Shown: piece after piece, positions 46,570 to 56,474 of the stretch
Layout of the letters: each line of letters begins with the position of its first letter
How positions within the stretch are numbered: the stretch's first letter is position 1
NCBI GenBank assembly: GCA_938045065.1
Contig: CALIOA010000068.1
Coordinates: 77,495 to 141,494, forward strand
Reading direction: 5' to 3'
DNA from: an uncultured Collinsella sp.
GTDB taxonomy: Bacteria; Actinomycetota; Coriobacteriia; Coriobacteriales; Coriobacteriaceae
Length of the DNA stretch: 64,000 bases
The notes under the pieces: model-generated
The model's input: only the letters and a program-made list of their open reading frames with translations
Told to the model about the DNA's origin: nothing
Database searches by the model: none
Position numbers and translations under genes: made by a program

Positions 46570-47487
46570 CTATTTTTGAAAAAGTTTGCAGGCATTCTCC
46601 CAAGCGGCTTGCGCGATTGTTTCGGCGTCCTCACCAGTGCGATCGACACGGTCGTTAACCAGCGCGTTTGCCGTAATGGAGATCATTGCGGGTTCGCATT
46701 CAAGACCGCGGATGGGCTCCGGAGCCATATACGGGCAATCCGTCTCGAACAAAATTCGATCGAGTGGGGTTGCCGCAAATGCCTCGCGCACGTCGTCGTT
46801 GCGCTTAAAGGTGGCCGCACCACCATAGGCGATATAGCAGCCCAGCTCCACAAAGCGCTCCATCGTGGCGCGGTCCTCGCCAAAACAGTGCAGCACACAA
46901 CCGGCCTGGGGCACACCCACCTCGCGCAGTACGTTGTACGCATCAACGTGCGAGGTGCGCTCCCCATCCGAGTCCTCGTGACGCAGGTGCAGCTCCACCG
47001 GCACATTGCGGCGCACGGCAAGCTCGAGCTGGCGCGCCATGCAATCAATCTGCACGTTATGGGGTGCCGGCGCGATATCGTCGTCATAGTCCATGTGATA
47101 GTCCAGGCCGATTTCGCCAATACCGGCGCATAAGGGGTCATCAAGTGCCGCAACGACCTGTGCATGAACGTCGTCGGTATAGTCCGGCGCGCCATACGGA
47201 TGCACGCCGGCAAGATACTTGATCTGCGGAATATCCTGCATCGGAAGAATCTCGCGCACCAGCCAGTCGCTATAGTCCGCCACGCTGCGCTTGTCGGCAA
47301 TGGGGTCGAACATCGTCACCAACAGGTCGACGCCCGCGGCTTTGGCGCGCACGAGCGTCTCGGGCACATCCTTGCCCCAAAACGAAAGCAGATGTGCATG
47401 CGTGTCGGCAAGCGGCGCCAAGGGCACGGGACAAGCAACCGTCTTCTTTTTCTTGGTAAACGTCACGCGTTCGGCATTAGGCGTCAT
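46570..47487 (-). CDS. tatD: TatD-family hydrolase/DNase
   Basis: TIM-barrel metal-dependent hydrolase motifs (DTHAHL, GEIGLD); in a metG-tatD-rsmA arrangement. Confidence 0.85.
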   Translation of the reverse strand: MTPNAERVTFTKKKKTVACPVPLAPLADTHAHLLSFWGKDVPETLVRAKAAGVDLLVTMFDPIADKRSVADYSDWLVREILPMQDIPQIKYLAGVHPYGAPDYTDDVHAQVVAALDDPLCAGIGEIGLDYHMDYDDDIAPAPHNVQIDCMARQLELAVRRNVPVELHLRHEDSDGERTSHVDAYNVLREVGVPQAGCVLHCFGEDRATMERFVELGCYIAYGGAATFKRNDDVREAFAATPLDRILFETDCPYMAPEPIRGLECEPAMISITANALVNDRVDRTGEDAETIAQAAWENACKLFQK

Positions 47488-48337
47488 GGATTAGCTCCCG
47501 GGCCAGACGGACAAAGTCGGCAACATCGAGCGTCTCGGCGCGCGTGGTGGGTGCGATACCGCAAACCTCAAAAGCGGCATCGAGCACGTCCTTGGCAAAA
47601 CCGTTGGCGCAGATGGAATTTCGGATGGTCTTGCGCCGCTGAGCAAATGCAGCGTCGATCACACGAGCCACGAATTCGCGATCGAGCCCCTCGGGCACCA
47701 CGCCGTCAACACGGTCGATACGCACGACGGCCGAGTCCACGTGCGGCGCTGGCATAAAGCAACGCGGCGGCACCTCAAAGCGACCCGTCACCTGCGCATA
47801 CAGGCCGAGCTTTGCCGTATAGCCGCCATAGGTCTTGTTGCCCGGCACTGCGGCAATGCGATCGGCAACCTCCTTTTGCACCATGACGACGGCACGCTTG
47901 AGCGCCGGCATCGTCTGGAAAAATTGCAAAATGATCGTCGCCGCCACGTTATAGGGCAAGTTCGCGACAAATACCGTGGGCTCGCCGCCGGCGGCCTGCT
48001 CAATCTGCTCCGGGCCCACCTTAAGCGCGTCGCTCATGATAAAGCGGAAGTTGGCATAGTCGGCGGCATGGGCGTCGAGCACCGGTTCGAGCTCGGGATC
48101 TGCTTCGATCGACGTGACGCACGCCGCCTCCTGCAACAGCGCAAGCGTGAGCGTGCCAACGCCCGGACCAACCTCGAGCACGCGCTCATCGCCCGCAAGC
48201 TCGGCAAGCTCGCAAATGCGCTCGATCACATGGTTGTCGATCAGGAAGTTCTGGCCCAGGCGATGCTTGGTCGCAAGGCCAAACTCCTCCAGCAGCTCCC
48301 TTGTTGCCGTGGGGTTTGCCAAAGGCGAAGTTGTCAT
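47477..48337 (-). CDS. rsmA: 16S rRNA (adenine1518/1519-N6)-dimethyltransferase
   Basis: GQNFL motif, SAM-binding VLEVGPGVG and the KsgA family fold. Confidence 0.9.
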   Translation of the reverse strand: MTTSPLANPTATRELLEEFGLATKHRLGQNFLIDNHVIERICELAELAGDERVLEVGPGVGTLTLALLQEAACVTSIEADPELEPVLDAHAADYANFRFIMSDALKVGPEQIEQAAGGEPTVFVANLPYNVAATIILQFFQTMPALKRAVVMVQKEVADRIAAVPGNKTYGGYTAKLGLYAQVTGRFEVPPRCFMPAPHVDSAVVRIDRVDGVVPEGLDREFVARVIDAAFAQRRKTIRNSICANGFAKDVLDAAFEVCGIAPTTRAETLDVADFVRLARELIHDA

Positions 48338-48444
48338 AGTTGCCTCCTTAGCATGATGGCGGCGTCTTGAAACGAAAGGGCATGGACCGTGGCGGCCATG
48401 CCCTTACATCTAAACAGCAAATTGCCGATATGGCGCGCCGCGTC

Positions 48445-50046
48445 TTAGCCCAGACGCGGGAACAGCGGCTCGCCCTTCTCGACAGGCTGACCGCCGGCAA
48501 GCAGGCCCCAAGCGCAAATGCCCTTGAGGTCGTCGGTCGCGGCCTCGTCCTCGCAGGACAGGCGGCGCAGGGCCTCGGCAGAGGTCTGAGGCATGAGCGG
48601 CATCAGCAGGTGGGCGGCAATGCGGATGGCCTCGAGCAGGTTGTAGATCACAAACGCCAGCTCGTCAGCCTTGGCCTCGTCCTTGGCAAGTGCCCAAGGC
48701 TCAGAGTCCTCGATGTAGTGGTTGGCGGCATGGATGAGCTCCATGACCTCGTCCTTGGCTCCACCGTAATCGAGCACGTCCATCTTGGCCATGTAGCGCT
48801 CGACCAGACCATCGGCGATCTTTGCCAGCGGGTTGTCGAACGCATCGAACGATGCGGGCTTGGCGGGCGCGCAACCGTCAAAGTACTTGCCGCTCATGTT
48901 GAGCAAACGCGAGATGAGGTTGCCCCAGCTGTTGGCCAGGTCGGCGTTGTAGACCTGCTCCATGCGGTCGAAGCTGATGGCACCGTCGGTGCCGGGGACG
49001 ACGTCGGTCATAAAGTAGTAGCGATAGCCCTCGACACCCAGCATGTCGATAACGTCCTGCGGAGCGATGGCGTTGCCGCGGCTCTTGGACATCTTCTCGG
49101 CCTTGCCGGTCTCGGCATTGCGCACGGTCAGGAAGCCGTGGGCAAAGACGTGCTCGGGCAGGGCCTCGCCGATGGCCATGAGCATGGCGGGCCAAATGAC
49201 GCAGTGGAAGCGGATGATGTCCTTGCCCACGATGTGGAACTGCGCGGGCCAGCGATAGGCCAGCTCGGCACGCGCCTCGTCGGTGTCGACACCGTAGCCG
49301 ACGGCCGTCATATAGTTGAGCAGCGCGTCGAACCACACATAGGTCACGTGGCCCTCGTCAAACGGAACCTGAATACCCCAGTCAAAGCTCGTACGGCTCA
49401 CGGAAAGGTCGTTGAGGCCGCCCTCGACAAAGCTGCGCACCTCGTTCATACGGAACGCGGGCTCGACAAAGTCGGGGTGCTCGTCATAGAGCTTGAGCAG
49501 CTTGTCCTGGAAAGCGGAAAGCTTAAAGAAGTAGGACTCCTCCTGCACGCGCTCGAGCGGACGGTGGCAGTCGGGGCACAGGTGCTGGCCGACGCTGCCG
49601 TACTCCTCGTCACCCTTCTGGACCTGCGTGTCGGTGAAGTAGGTCTCGTCAGGCACGCAATACCAACCGTCGTAGCTGCCCTTATACAGGTAGCCGGACT
49701 CCTTCATGCGCTCCCACAGGTACTGCACGGCATGATGCTGGCGCGGCTCGGTGGTGCGGATGAAGTCGTCGTTGGAAATCTCGAGCTTGCTCCAAAGCTC
49801 CTTGAAGTGCGGGGCCTGGCTGTCGGTCCACTCCTGCGGCGTCATGTTGTGCTTGGCTGCGGCCTCGGCGACCTTCTCGCCGTGCTCGTCCATGCCGGTC
49901 AGGAACTTGACGTTATAGCCGGCGGAACGGCGATAGCGAGCCTGAACGTCGGCGATGATGGTGGAATAAGCCGTGCCCAGGTGCGGATCGGCGTTGACGT
50001 AGTAGATGGGCGTCGTGATAAAGAACGAAGGCTTGCTTTGATCCAT
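48445..50046 (-). CDS. metG: methionine--tRNA ligase
   Basis: Class I HIGH-type motif (PHLGTAYS) and KMSKS; 533 aa. Confidence 0.95.
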   Translation of the reverse strand: MDQSKPSFFITTPIYYVNADPHLGTAYSTIIADVQARYRRSAGYNVKFLTGMDEHGEKVAEAAAKHNMTPQEWTDSQAPHFKELWSKLEISNDDFIRTTEPRQHHAVQYLWERMKESGYLYKGSYDGWYCVPDETYFTDTQVQKGDEEYGSVGQHLCPDCHRPLERVQEESYFFKLSAFQDKLLKLYDEHPDFVEPAFRMNEVRSFVEGGLNDLSVSRTSFDWGIQVPFDEGHVTYVWFDALLNYMTAVGYGVDTDEARAELAYRWPAQFHIVGKDIIRFHCVIWPAMLMAIGEALPEHVFAHGFLTVRNAETGKAEKMSKSRGNAIAPQDVIDMLGVEGYRYYFMTDVVPGTDGAISFDRMEQVYNADLANSWGNLISRLLNMSGKYFDGCAPAKPASFDAFDNPLAKIADGLVERYMAKMDVLDYGGAKDEVMELIHAANHYIEDSEPWALAKDEAKADELAFVIYNLLEAIRIAAHLLMPLMPQTSAEALRRLSCEDEAATDDLKGICAWGLLAGGQPVEKGEPLFPRLG

Positions 50047-50115
50047 GGGGTTTGTCCTCCAGAAAAACGTTGCATACAGAGGATGATTCTAGCGCAAGGG
50101 TTGGATATCCTCCAT

Positions 50116-50994
50116 CTATTGCATATCGAGCACCATGGCATAGACATCGCGCTTGCGGCGCGAATACTTCTGAGACAGGCGCTTGGCCACCGCAGAGGCG
50201 GGCTCCCCCTCCTCGAGCGCGGCGCGGATATCCTCGCGCAGGGCCTCGTCGGGATCCGCTGCCGCGGCGCCAACCGGCACGATACCGGCCTCCTCATCCT
50301 CGCTCGGCGGCGCGATGACCAGCGCAATCTCGCCCTTTACCTCGCCGCGAGCACGCAGCTCCTCGACAAGCTGGACAGCGGGCCCGCGCAAAACCTCCTC
50401 GTGCAGCTTGGTGAGTTCGCGGCAGACGGCAACCTCACGCTGGGGAAAGACCTCCGCCACGGCCTCGAGCGTCGCCACGATACGATGTGGAGACTCGTAG
50501 AAGATGAGCGCGCCGGGCACCACGGCAAGGCGCTGCAAACGGCGCACGCGGTCGCCGTTCTTTCGGCCCAAAAAGCCCTCGAAGAAAAAATGCTCGCAGG
50601 GAATGCCGGACGAAACGAGCGCCGTGACGCAAGCAGAGGGCCCGGGAATAACTTCGACGGGCACATCGGCCTCACGCGCCGCCTCGACCAGCGCCTGGCC
50701 GGGATCGGACACGCTCGGCATGCCGGCATCCGAGGCAAAGGCGAGGGTCTCCCCCGCCAGCAGACGGTCGACCAGGCCGGCGGCGCGGCTGGCGATCACA
50801 TTCTCGTCGCAACGGACAAGCGGCTTGGAAATGCCCAGGTACATCAGCAGCTTTGACGTCACACGCGTGTCTTCGCAGCAAATGGCATCGGCAGCGGCAA
50901 AGGCCTCGCCAACGCGCGGGGACAGGTCACCCAAGTTGCCGATGGGCGTGCCGACCACATAGAGTTTGCCCGTATGGGCGCTGTTTTGCGTCAT
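50116..50994 (-). CDS. rsmI: 16S rRNA (cytidine1402-2'-O)-methyltransferase
   Basis: Tetrapyrrole-methylase-like fold; LYVVGTPIGNLGD N-terminus typical of RsmI. Confidence 0.9.
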   Translation of the reverse strand: MTQNSAHTGKLYVVGTPIGNLGDLSPRVGEAFAAADAICCEDTRVTSKLLMYLGISKPLVRCDENVIASRAAGLVDRLLAGETLAFASDAGMPSVSDPGQALVEAAREADVPVEVIPGPSACVTALVSSGIPCEHFFFEGFLGRKNGDRVRRLQRLAVVPGALIFYESPHRIVATLEAVAEVFPQREVAVCRELTKLHEEVLRGPAVQLVEELRARGEVKGEIALVIAPPSEDEEAGIVPVGAAAADPDEALREDIRAALEEGEPASAVAKRLSQKYSRRKRDVYAMVLDMQ

Positions 50995-51000
50995 ATCAAC

Positions 51001-52062
51001 CTATTCAATCATGCCGCGCTCGAGCGTACCGAGCGCCGCGCGGGCGTCCCATGCTGCAATGCGCTTCTCGGTCTTCCACGTTTGGAAGAACCAACCGGCA
51101 GCCGGTGCAAACGAAGCCAGTTGGTTGGCGATAAACACGCGCTCGTAGGCATTGCGGCCCTCGGGCGTAACCGACGAGTTGGCAAAGATCGCCGCGCCCG
51201 ACCATTCGCCCACCAGCACGGGGAACCCAGTCGAAATCGCTTCTTTGAGCTCGCGCTTGTTGCGCGAAATCGCCGTCGTCAGCCCGCGAGGGCTCGTGAT
51301 GTCGAGCGCATACTCGTCGCGATAATGGTACAGGTGAAGGTCCATGTAGACGTTCTTGTACTTGGCGCCGCGCATAAAATGCTTCCACTCGTTGGGATGC
51401 CCCGACGACGAGAAGACGACGATCTTATCCTCGGGCATATACGAACGGACGAGCTCGTAGGCGTCGCGATAGAAGTTGCGCAGGTAGTGCGCCGGAATGC
51501 CATCCGTCATGGTGAAGAGGCTCTTGCGGACGCTCATCTGCGGCGTGTCCAGCAGCTCAATGCCCAGCAGGCTCTCGGCCTCGCCGTAGCGATCGGCCAG
51601 GCGCTCGAGCACGTCGAGCGCGACATGACGGCCGTTGGTGGACGAATGCCACTCGGCGACAGCCTCCGGCGTGGCGGGCGAATCGTTGGAATCGCCCTGG
51701 CCACCGGGCACAGTTGCCAGATCAAGCAGCACGCGGATGTCGTACTTGGCAGCCCACTCAATTGCACGGTCGATGTAATCGACAACCGAGATGTAGGACG
51801 CATCGGACTCCTGCGAGCCAAAGGCATACCAGGGCACCGGCAGACGCACGGCATTGAGACCGATCTGCGCCATGCGACGGAAATCGTCCTCGCTCACAAA
51901 CGTCTCGTAATGACGGCGCATGCGCTCGTTATAGGCGGCGGTGCCCATGGCCTCCTGCAGCTCGGCTGCGTTGGATGCACCGGTCGCCGCATACAGCGAC
52001 GGGGTCACCCAAGGCTCGGGAATAAACCAGCCAGAGAGATTAACGCCGAGTATCCTCTCCAT
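51001..52062 (-). CDS. glycoside hydrolase family 5 (cellulase/glucanase-like)
   Basis: GH5 (beta/alpha)8 motifs including NE.. (acid/base) and GEWSG-like (nucleophile region) segments. Start trimmed to MERILG at 52062; the longer ORF runs into the repeat array. Confidence 0.75.
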   Translation of the reverse strand: MERILGVNLSGWFIPEPWVTPSLYAATGASNAAELQEAMGTAAYNERMRRHYETFVSEDDFRRMAQIGLNAVRLPVPWYAFGSQESDASYISVVDYIDRAIEWAAKYDIRVLLDLATVPGGQGDSNDSPATPEAVAEWHSSTNGRHVALDVLERLADRYGEAESLLGIELLDTPQMSVRKSLFTMTDGIPAHYLRNFYRDAYELVRSYMPEDKIVVFSSSGHPNEWKHFMRGAKYKNVYMDLHLYHYRDEYALDITSPRGLTTAISRNKRELKEAISTGFPVLVGEWSGAAIFANSSVTPEGRNAYERVFIANQLASFAPAAGWFFQTWKTEKRIAAWDARAALGTLERGMIE

Positions 52063-52237
52063 CACTGCCCCCTTCGGATCGTGCAGGCCGAGCCTGCATC
52101 GTATTGCATAGGAAAAGTATCGTTTTGAGTATACCCGCGCGTGCGGATAGACGACCGAACGGTCTGTAAAGTGGCGCAAAAGCGGGAGGAATATCTGGGC
52201 GGGCCCGAGATGTGCACGCACGTCGGAAGTAAGCGCC

Positions 52238-52469
52238 GGAAAGCGCATCCCGTTTTTCGCAAAAGACTGGGATGTATTTTCCGTTCGAGGCCTCAATCGG
52301 AAAATGCATCCCGTTCTGAGCGCGAGATCTGGGACGCAGTTTCCGCCAAAGGCCGCAAAAGGAAAGCACGTCCCATTCTGACGCCGGATTCCGGGTCGCG
52401 CTTTCCCAAGCGACATCAAAGCGGAAAACGCATCCCACTCTGAAGCCAAATTCCGGGACGCAATTTCCG
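52238..52469. repeat. second tandem array of GGG-N6-TTTCC hairpin units (same family as 2288-2497)
   Basis: Units GGGATGTATTTTCCG/CGGAAAATGCATCCC, GGGACGCAGTTTCCG/GGAAAGCACGTCCC, GGGTCGCGCTTTCCC (identical to a stem in array 1) and GGGACGCAATTTCCG; conserved spacers ..TTCTGA..ATTCC. Confidence 0.7.
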
Positions 52470-52523
52470 CAGAGCCCTCGATAAAAGAAAAGGACCCCTT
52501 TGCAGAGGTCCTAGTCAATTCAA

Positions 52524-52668
52524 GGTGGCGGGGAAGGAAATCGCGCCCGCGCTCCGCGCGTGCGGACCGCTGCGGCGCTTGCGCGCCTTGCGAGCTCCGC
52601 TGGCAAACGCTCACGCGTTTACTCAGCTCCGCGCCCTCACGGGGTTCGATTCCATGTGGGGGCTGCAT
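52524..52668 (-). repeat. tRNA-associated structured repeat element (Phe-locus copy; more diverged core)
   Basis: Begins with GGTGGCGGGGAAGG, a duplicate of the tRNA-Phe 3' end. The core keeps hairpin AAACGCTCACGCGTTT, and the end carries GGGGTTCGATTCC, matching the tRNA-Phe T-loop. Bounded by identical terminators at 52483-52511 and 52669-52697. Confidence 0.65.
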
Positions 52669-52697
52669 AAAAGAAAAGGACCCCTTTGCAGAGGTCC
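52669..52697 (-). terminator. intrinsic terminator after tRNA-Phe (repeated after the element)
   Basis: GGACCTCTGCAAAGGGGTCC hairpin followed by TTTTCTTTT on the minus strand. Confidence 0.6.
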
Positions 52698-52709
52698 TAA
52701 ACAATTCAA

Positions 52710-52784
<75 letters not shown>

Positions 52785-52816
52785 ATTTGAGGTGTGCCTT
52801 GTTTCAAGGCTTGATT

Positions 52817-52844
52817 AGTATAACCAAGGACGCGTTCCGGTCAA
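52817..52844 (-). promoter_or_regulatory. candidate sigma70-type promoter of tRNA-Phe (TTGACC-16-TATACT)
   Basis: Read on the minus strand, ~35 nt upstream of the tRNA 5' end. Confidence 0.35.
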
Positions 52845-52907
52845 CCGAGAATTTTAAAAAAGATTTTTAGCACAGCCTCGGTTCTATAAATCGGCACGTC
52901 AGAGGCA

Positions 52908-53195
52908 TCAGCCGGCAGCAAGAAGTTTTTCACTCAGAGCCGCACGGGCAAACTCACTTGGCGTCATCCCCTCGGCAGCCGCCCGTCGACGAATGGCCTC
53001 CTTCATTCCCAGAGGAATCTTGACCGACAGCGTTGCCGTCCCCTCACCTGAGAGCGGGGGCCGTCCATGCACGATCCCACCAACGGTGTGTTCGCCATCC
53101 GGAAACTCTCCGCGCTCGTACGACTCGCACCACGCGTCAATCATTTCATCCGTTACAACCTGACCATTAGCGGCCGTATACGTCTTGCCCATCAT
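52908..53195 (-). CDS. RHH/CopG-type antitoxin (BrnA-like)
   Basis: C-terminal ribbon-helix-helix SVKIPLGMKEAIRRRAAAEGMTPSEFARAAL. Start trimmed to MMGKTY, overlapping the upstream toxin stop (ATGA). Confidence 0.6.
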   Translation of the reverse strand: MMGKTYTAANGQVVTDEMIDAWCESYERGEFPDGEHTVGGIVHGRPPLSGEGTATLSVKIPLGMKEAIRRRAAAEGMTPSEFARAALSEKLLAAG

Positions 53196-53458
53196 CGACC
53201 CCTCTGCCGAGCTCGCTCGATCTCTTGCCAGAATTTCTTCTGAACCGGAGACAGGGCATGAATAATGAGCCATCCACGAATTAGTTCGACCGCAACAAGT
53301 TCCACACTTCGACCATCTGGAAGCCATCCAATGGCAAGCCATCTCGGCGGCTCGTCCTCCGACTCGCGGCGAATGCACTCAGTAACCGCGAACCAGGCAC
53401 CTAGTACCTGCTTTTCCGTCAAGTGTTTTTTGGCGTTCGGATGGATCTCAACATCCAT
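53192..53458 (-). CDS. BrnT-like (DUF497) toxin
   Basis: 88-aa MDVEIHPNAKKHLTEKQV..RWLAIGWLPDGRSVELVAVELIRGWLIIHALSPVQKKFWQ resembles BrnT-family ribonuclease toxins. Toxin-first order with overlapping stop/start, as in brnTA. Confidence 0.6.
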   Translation of the reverse strand: MDVEIHPNAKKHLTEKQVLGAWFAVTECIRRESEDEPPRWLAIGWLPDGRSVELVAVELIRGWLIIHALSPVQKKFWQEIERARQRGR

Positions 53459-53517
53459 GCATCTTCTCCTCCATCTTACCCAATTTCGTATGACGAAAGT
53501 CCGCTGTCGCCAATCTC

Positions 53518-53898
53518 TTACGCCGGCACTTGCTGGAGGGCGGGAGGTGTAGCGAGGATTGAAGGGCGTTCCAATACCGCCCACGCGCCGGGACAGGAGC
53601 ACATACACCAGGGACATACGTTTTCGTAGCGCGCGAGGATATTGCCGTCGCGATCGATGAAGGCGATGTCGATGGGATAGGCCATAAAACACGTATGGAC
53701 CGAAGAGCAGCGTGGAAACGCCATGACGAGCGGCAGGCCGTTGGCGGCAACCGGACGCCGCCCCAGCATGCCGCGCAGACGCACGACAAACGACTCCGCC
53801 ACCGCAAACTCGGCCGGCGTCCAACCCAGCCTGTTGAGTGCCCGCGCGTAGGCGATGTAGGACGAGACCGCGGTCACATGACCACCCCCGGGCGCCAT
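53518..53898 (-). CDS. DUF192 domain protein
   Basis: MAYPIDIAFIDRDGNI motif typical of DUF192/COG1430; start uncertain. Confidence 0.55.
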   Translation of the reverse strand: MAPGGGHVTAVSSYIAYARALNRLGWTPAEFAVAESFVVRLRGMLGRRPVAANGLPLVMAFPRCSSVHTCFMAYPIDIAFIDRDGNILARYENVCPWCMCSCPGAWAVLERPSILATPPALQQVPA

Positions 53899-54350
53899 GG
53901 ATCGACCGTCACCGCGCGCTCGTGCGACAACGTTGTCGGCGCCCCCAGCGAAACGCCAGCGATGCTGAGAAAAGTCGGCCACGGCTCATAGTGCATGGTG
54001 CAGGTGTAGGTCCTAAACGTACCGGATAGGGAGAGCAGGCCACCATCCGATGCCTCCGCGCCTTGCTCGCTCGACACTTCGATCCGCAAGTCATAGCCTT
54101 CCATGGCATTCAGAATTTGAGTCTGAACCGTCGCCGAGGCATCGGCAGAGCTTTCGTCGCCCTCCCCCTCCGACGCCACGGCGTGCGCCAACACGATGTC
54201 GGGTACCACGCGGTCGAAGCGCGCGACAGCGCTGGCAAAGATCATGACGTTGTACACGATGAGTGCCAGCACCAGCAAAACGGGCGTAACCACCGCCATC
54301 TCCACCGTCGCCTGGGCGCGCTCCTCGCGCAGACGCATGCGGATACTCAT
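53874..54350 (-). CDS. TadE-like pseudopilin
   Basis: N-terminal RAQATVEMAVVTPVLLVLALIV (TadE/G motif with the conserved TVE and a hydrophobic helix). Confidence 0.7.
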   Translation of the reverse strand: MSIRMRLREERAQATVEMAVVTPVLLVLALIVYNVMIFASAVARFDRVVPDIVLAHAVASEGEGDESSADASATVQTQILNAMEGYDLRIEVSSEQGAEASDGGLLSLSGTFRTYTCTMHYEPWPTFLSIAGVSLGAPTTLSHERAVTVDPWRPGVVM

Positions 54351-56410
54351 TACGACCCACCGCCCAGAGCGCCAACCAGCGTGGCGACATCGACGGTGAG
54401 TGGGATGGAGCCGCCGCCGGGCAGAGGAATCTCCGCAAGCGTGAACACCGTACCGCTAATGGTGCGTTCGACTTGATATTCCAACGCCTCGCAAAGCGCC
54501 TTGGGATCGGTCACGCCCAACGGAATACTTCGCAGTTTGTCTTGCGCTTGAGAGAGACCAGCAATGTCAGACCCCGGACTCTTAATGACGTTGGCGGAAT
54601 CGGTCAGCACCGGCTTTCGCAGGCGCAAGTCGCACGGTTCCAGACCCAACGCCGCCATGGACGCCGAAACGGTATCGCCGAGCCACGATGCGATGGAACC
54701 CAACGCGCCGCTGCCCCCTCCTAGGCCTTTAATCATCTCGTCCATAAGTTCGTCGGCCGAACCTTGGATATCACCGTATCCTACGAGCAGCCATCCCCAA
54801 ACATCCATGACGCCGTCGAGCACGCCGGCAACGCCGCCCGAGCGTTCCTTCAATGTCGAGAAAAATCGCGAAAGCACGTTGTTTTGCGCCGTCGCCTCAT
54901 CGGGCGCCAGCACCGCGGCAGAGATAGCACCGCGATCGCCAAGCCTGACTGCCGTGTTAAACGAGGAGTTAAGTTGATCGGGGCTGGTAATGTCACCCGA
55001 AACTGCAAATGCGACCACGCCGTTGCGTCCAGGTGGGGCGATACGCGGGCGCTCGCCGGAAAGCGCTTTAATGGCCTGGTCAAACGCATTGCCCGCACGG
55101 TCGGCCTCATCCTCGGTCTGACGCATGAGCTCAAGCTCTTTGTTCCGACATTTGACGTATTCCTCCAAGGCCTTTTTGAACTCGTCGAAGTGATATTCGA
55201 AGCCGTTTTCGATGAACGACGGCGGCATGAGGGCGCGACCCAGGGTGACCACGTCGAATTCGCACTTATCGCATACATCGTGTCCGTCGTAATCGACAAA
55301 GGATGCCAACCCACCCGGCGATCCACTCTTATAGTTAGGACATTCGGTCCCATAGTGCAGGTACGTCTTGTCGCCGTTGGTACTTGTAGGCCACATGACA
55401 TCGGTGTAGAGCTGGGTTCCCTTCACCTCGCCCGGCGTGCGCGGCAGGAATGGGATCTGAGACGAAATTTTTTCACCATCGTCTTCAATGTATGAGTGTT
55501 CGAGTTCTTCAATTGCATAGATGTAGAACGTTTTCCGCGCGACGGACTCGGCCTCCATCTTCGTGCTCGAGCCTTGAGACTTTTCATTCGCTAGGCGCCG
55601 ATGGTAATAGGCCTTCGCTCGGTTGAGGGCAACCTGCGGCTCCCATGTGATACTCGAGGCATAGTGTGGATTCTCAATATCCGAAAGCTTTGCCAGACTC
55701 CCCGCGCGCTCCCACATACATGAGTACCTACCAACCGCGCTCTCATCCGACCCGCCACAGTCCGCAAGCCAGGCGCGCTCCTTTGCCTTCGCCGTCTCCT
55801 CCGAGGCCTTCCGCAGCTCCTCGGCCGCACGCTCTAAATCATCTGATGTGTCTTTAATGGTATCGGTCGAGATCTCTGACCCTTTGAGCGCAGCGAAGTC
55901 CGATTCGGATGTCCTGGGCACGGCAAGCGCCGTACCGGTATAGGCCACACTATCGGTATCCTGCGCCGACACCGCCTGCGTGGCACGCGCGGCGATCAGA
56001 TATGGCAGAGCCGTCTCGATTTTCTGTAAGCCTTCCGATGCGCTTTTGGCAAACTTGTTGCGCGTTTTAATGATCTCAATCCCGGTGTCGACCATATTGC
56101 CGGCAACTGGTTCGGCACCTGGGATGAGGATGGCGACCAGGCCCGTCCCGATTGTGGCAAACCCCGCCAGCCCCAGACTCAAGATGCTCGCATCAACCAC
56201 CGTGGCAGCCGTGTGATAGGACGACACTACGTTGGCACCCGCCAGCGCGCCGCTATCGGCCGCCACCTGGGTATCCCCGGCACGCGACATGCTCCATATC
56301 GCCGCGGTCGACGAAAACAACAACGTGAGCACCACTAGGATGACCACGGCAGAAGAAAGCGTGGTGTAGGCACCGTCTTCGATAAACAGATCGACACCGG
56401 CGCGGCCCAT
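54350..56410 (-). CDS. large membrane-anchored Tad-associated protein (TadG-like)
   Basis: N-terminal TM/pseudopilin-like segment and a large extracytoplasmic domain; located in the Tad locus. Start trimmed to MGRAGVD. Confidence 0.5.
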   Translation of the reverse strand: MGRAGVDLFIEDGAYTTLSSAVVILVVLTLLFSSTAAIWSMSRAGDTQVAADSGALAGANVVSSYHTAATVVDASILSLGLAGFATIGTGLVAILIPGAEPVAGNMVDTGIEIIKTRNKFAKSASEGLQKIETALPYLIAARATQAVSAQDTDSVAYTGTALAVPRTSESDFAALKGSEISTDTIKDTSDDLERAAEELRKASEETAKAKERAWLADCGGSDESAVGRYSCMWERAGSLAKLSDIENPHYASSITWEPQVALNRAKAYYHRRLANEKSQGSSTKMEAESVARKTFYIYAIEELEHSYIEDDGEKISSQIPFLPRTPGEVKGTQLYTDVMWPTSTNGDKTYLHYGTECPNYKSGSPGGLASFVDYDGHDVCDKCEFDVVTLGRALMPPSFIENGFEYHFDEFKKALEEYVKCRNKELELMRQTEDEADRAGNAFDQAIKALSGERPRIAPPGRNGVVAFAVSGDITSPDQLNSSFNTAVRLGDRGAISAAVLAPDEATAQNNVLSRFFSTLKERSGGVAGVLDGVMDVWGWLLVGYGDIQGSADELMDEMIKGLGGGSGALGSIASWLGDTVSASMAALGLEPCDLRLRKPVLTDSANVIKSPGSDIAGLSQAQDKLRSIPLGVTDPKALCEALEYQVERTISGTVFTLAEIPLPGGGSIPLTVDVATLVGALGGGS

Positions 56411-56474
56411 AAAGCCGCCTCGTTTGCGATGACAGCTCGGACGGCGCGTCAAAACGCATCTAGACCAGAAACGC

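Noticed and set aside
48367-50856. 829-aa plus-strand ORF
   Set aside because: Antisense to metG and rsmI.
51001-52704. 567-aa version of the GH5 ORF
   Set aside because: The N-terminal extension would translate the hairpin-repeat array and part of the tRNA-Phe element. A start at MERILG (52062) gives a normal-length GH5 enzyme.
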